Assembly (NCBI GenBank): GCA_029975765.1
Contig: JARKOK010000176.1
Location: 1 to 58,577 of the forward strand
Origin: Aggregatilineales bacterium
GTDB taxonomy: Bacteria > Chloroflexota > Anaerolineae > Aggregatilineales > Phototrophicaceae
Direction: 5' to 3'
Length of the DNA: 58,577 bases
The position numbers and the translations under genes are program-made. Shown here in pieces: positions 51,402-58,577 of this stretch; the first letter of the stretch is position 1; each line of letters begins with the position of its first letter. The notes below the pieces were generated by a model. The model searched no databases. It was not told where the DNA came from and was given only the letters and a program-made list of their open reading frames with translations.

Positions 51402-51577
51402 CTGTACCTCTCGTTAAAATTGTATTCACTGCTATTATACCAGCCAGTCGAACAAATGGTTCGGCAGCTGGGACTAACCCACGCTTGCCCTACCACGTCT
51501 GGACTCCGGCGCGGTGGGGCGCTATAGTGGTCAGGTTGTGGCGGGGTTAGCCCCTGCCTGACAAAACCGGAAGCTGA

Positions 51578-53833
51578 ATGAGCGATGTGATGATGACGGT
51601 TCTGATACGTAAATTCGTGCGCTGGATGCTGCTGGTACTGCTGGCAGCCTGCGGCGCGGGAAACACCACGCAGCCGGGCGCAGCAGCACCTATTCTCCAG
51701 ATCAGCCAGTCGCCGGAACAGGTCGTAACGGACTTCCTGAAGGGCTGGCGCGATAAGGATTACGCGGGAATGTATGGCCGGCTGAGCCAGCAGAGTCAGG
51801 CTGTCTATACGCTGCCTGTCTTCCAGAAACAGTACGAAGACGTGGGCACGAAGATGAGTCTCACCGATCTCACCTTCACCATCCGCGAAACGCAGATTCA
51901 GGGCGCGGCAGCGGCGGTGAAGTATGATCTTAGCCTGACTTCGCCGGTCTTTGGCACGATTGACGATCCAGACCGCACGATGCGTCTGGTACAGAAGCCG
52001 GGCGGCTGGGGCGTGGCCTGGTCAACAATGGATATTTTTGATGCGATGGCTGCCGGGTCACGGCTGGAAGTGGTCGGCCAGCGGGCAGCACGCGCCGACA
52101 TCTACGACCGCAGTGGCCGCCTGCTGGTCGAAGAGAATGGGACAGTTGTTGCCCTGTACGTCGCCCAGCAGGATATTTTTGATACGGCGCGCTGTCTCGA
52201 CCTGCTGGCAAACGTTCTGATGCGCCAGCGGCGCGGCCTGGTGTCGCTGTTTAATGCCAATAATCCTGAGACAGTCTTTTATGTTGGCGCGATTGATCCC
52301 GAAACCAATGTCGCGCGCGGCCAGGAACTCGATGAAATCTGCTCCATTCGCCGGTTTGAAAGCCGGATTCGGCGGTATGTGGGCAACGGCGCGGCAGTTC
52401 ATGTCACCGGCTACATCGGGCAGATTCCGGCAGATCAGGCCACACGCTACGAGCAGCAGGGCTACAACGTCGGTGATCTGGTGGGATTGGCGGGAGTTGA
52501 ACAGGCGTATGAACGTGAACTGGGCGGCCAGCCGGAGCAGGTCTTACGGATTGTCGCGCCCAGCGGCGTGCTGCTGCGCGCGCTGGCAGGCAAACAGGGC
52601 AGCGAACCCCAGCCGGTGACCCTCACGCTGGATCGTGATTTACAACTGGCGACGGCGCAGGCATTAGCCGATGCTTATAACTGGGCTGAGCCGAACTGGG
52701 CCGCACCGGAACATTCTCCAGGGGCGGGGGCGGTTGTGCTGGATGTCAATACTGGCGCGGTGCTGGCGCTTGCCAGCTATCCGGGGTTTGACCCGGCCAT
52801 CTTTAACCCGCAGGCTTCCAATTACATTCAGGATCGGGGGGTGCTGGTCGGGCAGCTTCTATCGGACTCCCGCCAGCCGTTGAAGAACCGCGTGACGCAG
52901 GAACAGTATTTCCCCGGCTCGACCTTCAAGGTGATTACCACTGCCGCCGCCGCCGCCGAACAAATGCTGGCCCCCTCCGAGCTGTTTACCTGCGGGCTGA
53001 CCTGGACGGACGGGCCGAGATTTGGCGACACCCTGCCGGTGCGGTCGGACTGGCGCAAAACGGATGGGCTGGAAGCGGCGGGCGACATCACCATATCCCA
53101 GGCGCTTACAGCGTCGTGTAATCCGTTTTTCTACGAGATGGGCGCGCGCCTGTACCGGGAACGTGGTGATACCGTCCTGATGAATTATGCCCGGCAGATG
53201 GGGTTAGGCAGCAAAACGGGTCTTGAACCCATCCTGCCAGAAGTGGCGGGCAGCCTGAAACCGCCCACCAGCGTTGAGATGGCGATCAATAATGCCATTG
53301 GTCAGGGGGAATTGCAGGCCACGATTATCCAGATGGCACGTATGGCGGCGGTTGTTGCCAACGGCGGCACGGTCTACAAGCCGTATCTGGTGCAGCAGGT
53401 TGGTGGAGTGGATGGCACACCCGTCACCTTCCAGGCGCAGCCCGAAGTGGTGCGTGAAATGGACTTGAGCGATGAAGTCTGGCAGATTGTGCGCGACGGC
53501 ATGTGTGGTGTGACGACCAACGAAGACCTGGGTACGGCCGTCGCAACCTTCAGTGATGTGCAGGGGTATACTGTGTGCGGCAAAACCGGCACGGCGCAGT
53601 CCGGGCGTGTTGAGCCGCATGGCTGGTTTGTCTCGTATGCGCCGGCGGATAATCCGCAGATTGCAATAGCGGTGATGGCCGAGTTTTCCCGTGAAGGGTC
53701 GGAAGTGGCCGCGCCGATCACCCGCCGGATTCTGGACGCCTACTTCGGTCAGTCGGGGTGGCTGTATCCTGACTGGTGGAATGATGGGCCGTATGTGCCG
53801 CTCAACATCCCGGTTGGTGAAACGGGGGGGTAA
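51578..53833 (+). CDS. class B penicillin-binding lipoprotein with NTF2-like N-domain (MrdA/MecA-like)
   Basis: Lipobox LAAC; STFK, SCN, KTGT motifs; RADIYDRSG. Confidence 0.9.
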   Translation: MSDVMMTVLIRKFVRWMLLVLLAACGAGNTTQPGAAAPILQISQSPEQVVTDFLKGWRDKDYAGMYGRLSQQSQAVYTLPVFQKQYEDVGTKMSLTDLTFTIRETQIQGAAAAVKYDLSLTSPVFGTIDDPDRTMRLVQKPGGWGVAWSTMDIFDAMAAGSRLEVVGQRAARADIYDRSGRLLVEENGTVVALYVAQQDIFDTARCLDLLANVLMRQRRGLVSLFNANNPETVFYVGAIDPETNVARGQELDEICSIRRFESRIRRYVGNGAAVHVTGYIGQIPADQATRYEQQGYNVGDLVGLAGVEQAYERELGGQPEQVLRIVAPSGVLLRALAGKQGSEPQPVTLTLDRDLQLATAQALADAYNWAEPNWAAPEHSPGAGAVVLDVNTGAVLALASYPGFDPAIFNPQASNYIQDRGVLVGQLLSDSRQPLKNRVTQEQYFPGSTFKVITTAAAAAEQMLAPSELFTCGLTWTDGPRFGDTLPVRSDWRKTDGLEAAGDITISQALTASCNPFFYEMGARLYRERGDTVLMNYARQMGLGSKTGLEPILPEVAGSLKPPTSVEMAINNAIGQGELQATIIQMARMAAVVANGGTVYKPYLVQQVGGVDGTPVTFQAQPEVVREMDLSDEVWQIVRDGMCGVTTNEDLGTAVATFSDVQGYTVCGKTGTAQSGRVEPHGWFVSYAPADNPQIAIAVMAEFSREGSEVAAPITRRILDAYFGQSGWLYPDWWNDGPYVPLNIPVGETGG

Positions 53834-53840
53834 CAAGAAA

Positions 53841-53864
53841 GGGCACGGCACGCTGTGCCCCTAC
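53841..53864. repeat. REP-like palindrome
   Basis: Minus strand GTAGGGGCACAGCGTGCCGTGCCC. Confidence 0.6.
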
Positions 53865-53920
53865 GGATGCACATCTTCTATTGATTTCTTTCGAGAACCT
53901 GCTTCAGCACTGGAGATTGT

Positions 53921-54196
53921 ATGGACATCATTCGCTGTGCATCGTGTGATGGCTACGGCTGGTTTGACGACGAGGACGGCGCGCCGGAGTGCGACTGGTG
54001 CGGCGGGGTCGGTTACGTCTACCGGGACGCGAACGGCGCAGACCGGCGTATCCCGGCAGATGATTTTGAGCAGGTGGCCGACCGGCTGGAAATCCTGGAA
54101 CGCGACCGCCTGCGCGGGTTGGGTTATACCGGGGAGGCCAAACGCCCCTGGGAACAGGCGGTTCGAAAAAACAGTATGCGTAATGAGGGGCAGTAA
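53921..54196 (+). CDS. small Zn-finger protein
   Basis: CASCDGYG and CDWCGGVG (CxxCxGxG twice); GGAG RBS. Confidence 0.7.
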   Translation: MDIIRCASCDGYGWFDDEDGAPECDWCGGVGYVYRDANGADRRIPADDFEQVADRLEILERDRLRGLGYTGEAKRPWEQAVRKNSMRNEGQ

Positions 54197-54221
54197 GGGC
54201 AGGTTCAAAACCTGTCTTTAC
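54193..54221. repeat. REP-like palindrome / possible terminator
   Basis: GTAAGGGCAGGTTCAAAACCTGTCTTTAC. Confidence 0.5.
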
Positions 54222-54234
54222 CTATTTTTGCGCC

Positions 54235-55164
54235 TCATCTCTCGTTACTGCTCTGCGAATGGCGCTCGAAAAAGTTCCAGATCGCCGCGCTGGCGTACAG
54301 GTCGTAACTGACCGTGCCGCCGCGCACCGGCAGCGGCGTGCCCGGCCAGGTATGCCCGCCGCCGATGATGGCAAACACTTCCACATCTGCCGCGTTCTGG
54401 CAGTTCTTAAAATAGATATGCCGGACAATCGTGCTGTCCTCCGGCGCGACATCCACACCTTCGAGCAGTTCCGGGGTTTCCTCGCAGCCGTTGGTCAGCG
54501 ACCAGTACACCGCGCTTTGTGCCGTTGACAGGTAAATCAGTACACTGCCCTGCTGCACGCCATCCCAGGGGATGACCTCATCTCTGGTGCCCTGAATGAT
54601 GAGAACCGGGATTGGCGCGGCGGATTCACAGTTTGTCAGCAGGTAACCCGGAAAAGTCGAAGCCACCGACGCGACGGCGGCGATTTTGTCCTGCAGGTCG
54701 CAGCCCAGGCGAAAGGCCATCATGCCGCCCATTGAGTAACCCGCCGCATATACCCGGCTGGTATCCACCGGCAGACGCGCTGCCAGTGCGTCAATTATCG
54801 CGGAGAGAAAGCCCACGTCGTCCAGGCTGGTCGGCACGCGGGAATCGCCCGCCCGGCCATCATTCCAGATGGTGTTGAGGCCGTCAGGATAAACGACGAT
54901 GAAACCATAGGCTTCGGCCAGATCGTCAAAACGTGTCATGCGTTCCATGCCGGCGCCATCACCGCCCGCGCCGTGCATGACAATCACCAGCGGTACGGTT
55001 TCGGTTGGCAGGTTATCCGGCACGTACACGCGGTAAGTGCGGGCGAGGCCGTCGTGTTCCAGAGTTAGATCGTGCTGGCCGGGAGGCAGCACGCCGTCCT
55101 GCGCCGAGGCATAACCAGCAGCCAGCAGACCGATAAACAGCAGCATGAGGAAGGTACGCAGCAT
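54235..55164 (-). CDS. secreted esterase, PHB-depolymerase/LpqC family
   Basis: MHGAGG, VVYPDG, DDVGF, GYSMGG, GGGHTWPG. Confidence 0.9.
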   Translation of the reverse strand: MLRTFLMLLFIGLLAAGYASAQDGVLPPGQHDLTLEHDGLARTYRVYVPDNLPTETVPLVIVMHGAGGDGAGMERMTRFDDLAEAYGFIVVYPDGLNTIWNDGRAGDSRVPTSLDDVGFLSAIIDALAARLPVDTSRVYAAGYSMGGMMAFRLGCDLQDKIAAVASVASTFPGYLLTNCESAAPIPVLIIQGTRDEVIPWDGVQQGSVLIYLSTAQSAVYWSLTNGCEETPELLEGVDVAPEDSTIVRHIYFKNCQNAADVEVFAIIGGGHTWPGTPLPVRGGTVSYDLYASAAIWNFFERHSQSSNER

Positions 55165-55282
55165 GGCAAAATTTCCTTTTTGGCACGATTATCCCGCTTT
55201 AAGTACGCGGCTGCCAGCCTTCGCGTTCAATCCAGACTGCGTTACAATAGCCGCCACTGGTGTCTGGAACAGGACGATCATC

Positions 55283-56053
55283 ATGCCGTTAATTGAAACC
55301 GCGAATGGCTCGATCTGGTATGCCGATCACCGGGATCGCACGGCGCATCTGCCGGTGACGCTGTTTATTCACGGCGCGGGCGGCTCACATCTCGACTGGT
55401 CGGCGGAACTGCGCCGCCTGCCGGAGGCCAACGCCGTCGTGCCGGACTTGCCCGGTCATGGCAAGAGTCCTGGCACAGGCCGCCAGAGCGTGAGCGCCTA
55501 TGCCGACGATATGGCCGCGCTGCTGGCCGCGCTGAAAATAGACAGCGCCTTTATCGCGGGGCACAGCATGGGTGGGGCCATCGCGCTGACGCTGGCGCTG
55601 AAATATGCCAGCCGCGTGAAGGGGTTGATTCTCATCGGCACCGGCGCGAAACTGGCGGCGCATCCGGTGCTGCTGAATGCCAGCGCGGACAAGGAAAAGG
55701 CCGTCGAGATGATTCTGAACGGCTACTGGGGCACGTCGCCGGAGTTTGATCAATTACGCCGCCTGAGCCGCAAGCACTTCATGGAATTTGATGCCCAGGT
55801 ACTGCAAGGGGATTATATCGCCTGCAACACCTTCGACGTGCGCGATCAGTTGGGGCGCATCCAGCAGCCGGCGCTGGTCATCGGCGCGACCGACGACATG
55901 ATGACGCCGCTCAAATTCAGCACCTATCTGCGTGATAATCTGCCCAACGCCGAACTGGTGACGGTGCAGGGCGCGGCGCATATGATGGCGCTTCAGCAGC
56001 CGCAGTTCGTAGCGGACGCGGTGAAACGCTGGCTGGTGGCGCACCAGGGGTAA
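55283..56053 (+). CDS. alpha/beta hydrolase
   Basis: IHGAGG, DLPGHG, GHSMGG, D..TP, AAH. Confidence 0.9.
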   Translation: MPLIETANGSIWYADHRDRTAHLPVTLFIHGAGGSHLDWSAELRRLPEANAVVPDLPGHGKSPGTGRQSVSAYADDMAALLAALKIDSAFIAGHSMGGAIALTLALKYASRVKGLILIGTGAKLAAHPVLLNASADKEKAVEMILNGYWGTSPEFDQLRRLSRKHFMEFDAQVLQGDYIACNTFDVRDQLGRIQQPALVIGATDDMMTPLKFSTYLRDNLPNAELVTVQGAAHMMALQQPQFVADAVKRWLVAHQG

Positions 56054-56173
56054 GAAGCCCTCAGCTCTCCCTCAGGGAGAGGGGAAACAAACGGGTTTCC
56101 AAACGTCATTTTTACGATGTTCATTGATAATCGTCTGTATCACGCATGAGTCTGGCAGCAGGAGCGCGAATCC

Positions 56174-56599
56174 ATGCAGCACCTTAATACCCTGTGGCAG
56201 GCGGTCAACGCGGCTTCGACCGTCGCCGAACTGGCGCGGCAGTCGCAAACGTTTCATTTTGGCGTCGTCAAGCCGGTCACGCTGTATTTGCAGGCGGAAG
56301 GCGCAGAAGTGCGCGTCAAACGCTGGGGAATGCCGCAGATTCAAGTTACGGCGCAGCTTCAGGCGGCGTTTGGCTGGCGGGTTGCCACCGACCAGGACGA
56401 CGCGGGCGTATACATCGTGGCGAAACGCCGTCCGGTGGTGGGCGGTCTATCACGTGGGACATTCCATGTCAGCGTGCCACACGACACCTATCTCATTCTT
56501 AAACTGGCCGATGGCCGCGTGATTCTGGACGAGGTGTCCGGCACGCTGCACGTCCCGCCGCTGGCTGTCAATGGGGTGGTGGAGTTGAGACGCGGTTGA
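56174..56599 (+). CDS. hypothetical beta-rich protein
   Basis: AGGAG RBS; 141-aa ORF with host-like codon usage. Confidence 0.6.
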   Translation: MQHLNTLWQAVNAASTVAELARQSQTFHFGVVKPVTLYLQAEGAEVRVKRWGMPQIQVTAQLQAAFGWRVATDQDDAGVYIVAKRRPVVGGLSRGTFHVSVPHDTYLILKLADGRVILDEVSGTLHVPPLAVNGVVELRRG

Positions 56600-56648
56600 C
56601 CGCGTCTGACGTTTCCACTATGCTGATTACAGAGTGAAAGGCCAAAGC

Positions 56649-56837
56649 GTGGAGACTGTTCAGAGCATAAATCTCATTGTATCTGACCCTGATGTGCGCG
56701 GTGGCCGTCCCTGTATCGCCGGGACGGGCGTTCGCGTGACTGACGTTGTGATGGCGATGTTGTTCCACGATCAAACCCCCGGCGAAATTGCTGCCGCCGC
56801 CGTTCTGAATAAGGGGGTGGAATTGAAGCAAGGTTAG
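56649..56837 (+). pseudogene. DUF433 antitoxin-like gene, apparently 3'-truncated
   Basis: IVSDPDVRGGRPCIAGTGVRV..TPGEIA; the expected final helix and a partner toxin are absent, and base composition changes near 56800. Confidence 0.65.
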
Positions 56838-56851
56838 GTTCCATCGTAATC

Positions 56852-56980
56852 ATGAACGGAGATGAGTTTATCGGAAGACGCGAAAAAGTTAAAGTTGTTA
56901 TTTCTACGGTGTTGCAGATACAAGGAAATGACTCTCTAACGGAAGAAATCTGGCTTGAGAAAGATATAATATATGAATAA
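56852..56980 (+). CDS. 42-aa ORF or gene remnant overlapping the SIR2 start
   Basis: MNGDEFIGRREKVKVVISTVLQIQGNDSLTEEIWLEKDIIYE*, stop within ATGAATAA. Confidence 0.35.
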   Translation: MNGDEFIGRREKVKVVISTVLQIQGNDSLTEEIWLEKDIIYE

Positions 56981-58484
56981 CGCCATTCAGCCCATTGCTG
57001 CAACAGTTGATGCCCTCAAACGACAACTTGATGACCAATCAATCATCTGGATCGGTGCTGGGGCATCTATTCCCGCAGGTTACCCTTCCGCACCAAAGCT
57101 CATTTCTTTGATGAAGGAAGCCTCAGACGATCCGATTGATAGTGAGGATTTCCCCACTGTAGCTGATGATTTCGTGAAATCTCGAGGCCCCGGTGCTTTG
57201 CGAATGCTTTTGCAGCGCGTTATTGGCAGACCCGGGCCCCTGACTCCATTCCATCGCGCCGTAGCGGCCCTTGCTGCCAGTGGCCGCATCCATACTATAA
57301 TTACAACCAATTATGATGATTTAGTTGAACGTGCCTTAGCGGAAGCGCAAGTTCCATACATTGTTCAGATGCTACAGAAAAACTTCGACGCTGTGCCTCC
57401 TCAAACAGTTCGCGTAATCAAAGTTCATGGCTCAATGCAGGACTGGGAAACGGTCATCCTATCCGGCGATTCCTACGCCCGATTTGATGAAGAATATGCT
57501 CTCCTGAGTAAACAACTGGACATTTTATGCACTCAGTACCCCTTAACCTTTGTTGGCTCATCATTGTGCGAACCCAGAGTGTTGAGTTGGTTAGCAAAGC
57601 GGACAGAAACAGAGCGCGCCAGAATGATGCCCTGGCGTGCAATTCTGACGTTTGACGAATGGAACCGCCTGCTCAGCTTTGAGTGGCAAGGTGTGCAAGC
57701 GCAGAATATTCTGCAAGGCCAGTTTCGACCACTGCTTGTGAACGCGCATGATGATATTCCAAGGCTATGGTCGGAACTCGCCAAGCGGTTAGTTCCGCCA
57801 CCTGTAGTTGAATCAGCCGACGCCGTTCCTAAGATCACGCTTGACTGGCCGAATTTTGAGCCACCTCATGAAGAACTCGACGCGTTCTTGGCCGAGGCCT
57901 CGTACAGGGCGGCACGTAACCAGAAACCTTGGTTCCAGATTTCTCTTTCAAGCCTGGAGGCGTATAAAGCAGCCCTTTCAGAGATTGAGGGGCGTGGAAC
58001 ACCGACGAGCGAAGATCGAAAGAAGCGAATTGAGTGTTTAAAGAACATCGAGCATCTGGAGCAAAAGCGGAAGAACTTGAGCCAGTGCCTTGAACTTATC
58101 CTCTCAGACGCGCTTAGAAAAAGCGTTGGATGGTGGATAGTTCCAACTGATAAGATGGTGCTTGTTGTTACTGAACTTCTTGCCGAGCCATCAAAAGAAA
58201 GAAGTGTACGCGCTTTACTGGTCAACCATCGCGCCCAGATGCAAGCGGATCTGTACATGGAACGCGAGCGTCTTGAAGAATTATTTGAATGCAGCTTGCC
58301 CGTAGATCGAAACTTCTTGTCTATTACAGATTGTCCAGTACCTATAGATTTAGCTGAAGCTGATTGGGAAACACAGTGGCGCGCTCTTGGAGTAATTCTC
58401 CGAAAAGCCGTGATACAAAACATTGATGCAGTCAACAATGTTGAAGCAATTCAGAAAGCGAATTGGATAATCTCAGGAGACTAA
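56973..58484 (+). CDS. SIR2-like (SIR2_2) domain protein with unrecognised C-terminal region
   Basis: WIGAGAS, ITTNYDDLVE, IKVHGS, FVGSSL; GC clearly lower than the flanks. Confidence 0.85.
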   Translation: MNNAIQPIAATVDALKRQLDDQSIIWIGAGASIPAGYPSAPKLISLMKEASDDPIDSEDFPTVADDFVKSRGPGALRMLLQRVIGRPGPLTPFHRAVAALAASGRIHTIITTNYDDLVERALAEAQVPYIVQMLQKNFDAVPPQTVRVIKVHGSMQDWETVILSGDSYARFDEEYALLSKQLDILCTQYPLTFVGSSLCEPRVLSWLAKRTETERARMMPWRAILTFDEWNRLLSFEWQGVQAQNILQGQFRPLLVNAHDDIPRLWSELAKRLVPPPVVESADAVPKITLDWPNFEPPHEELDAFLAEASYRAARNQKPWFQISLSSLEAYKAALSEIEGRGTPTSEDRKKRIECLKNIEHLEQKRKNLSQCLELILSDALRKSVGWWIVPTDKMVLVVTELLAEPSKERSVRALLVNHRAQMQADLYMERERLEELFECSLPVDRNFLSITDCPVPIDLAEADWETQWRALGVILRKAVIQNIDAVNNVEAIQKANWIISGD

Positions 58485-58532
58485 ATCTCGCCGACACTCG
58501 CCAGAAAACCTGCTGATAGTAACTGCCCTACT

Positions 58533-58577
58533 TTACCGTCGTTCGCGTTTGCTTCGCACGACGATGCGGCTGTCGCG
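58533..58577 (-). CDS. 3' end of a convergent gene entering from outside the window
   Basis: Reads RDSRIVVRSKRERR*. Confidence 0.4.
   Translation of the reverse strand, partial: RDSRIVVRSKRERR

Noticed and set aside
51450-51463. LexA box CGAACAAATGGTTCG
   Set aside because: Spacer is 5 nt rather than 4

Overview
High-GC chromosomal window of about 50 genes. The gene content (PA14-SH3 proteins, Gld-like ABC system, Uma2, cyclase-STAND-TPR) suggests Chloroflexota/Anaerolineae; this is inference only. It contains an ABC exporter pair, a CoA-transferase and an MFS gene. An arginine/carbamoyl-phosphate cluster (argC-eamA-argB-HNH-argD-argJ-carA-[uma2]-carB) is followed by a low-GC islet (DUF2283, DUF2188, MNT-HEPN toxin-antitoxin). 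The rest is metabolic, signalling and surface-protein genes, a class B PBP, and a low-GC SIR2-domain insert at the right end. The strongest unannotated signal is upstream of argC: a sigma70 promoter, a 28-aa leader ORF with 8 Arg codons (5003-5089), an intrinsic terminator and a mutually exclusive antiterminator. That is the complete layout of a ribosome-mediated arginine attenuator. Other notable items are a TrpC-fold protein with most catalytic residues replaced, an FHA-FHA-TIR protein lacking the TIR catalytic Glu, a uORF leader before the ABC exporter, a 29-bp duplication of the carB 3' end around a DUF2283 gene, a LexA-type box, and many GTAG-type REP-like palindromes. All domain calls come from reading motifs by eye; no searches or folding programs were run.
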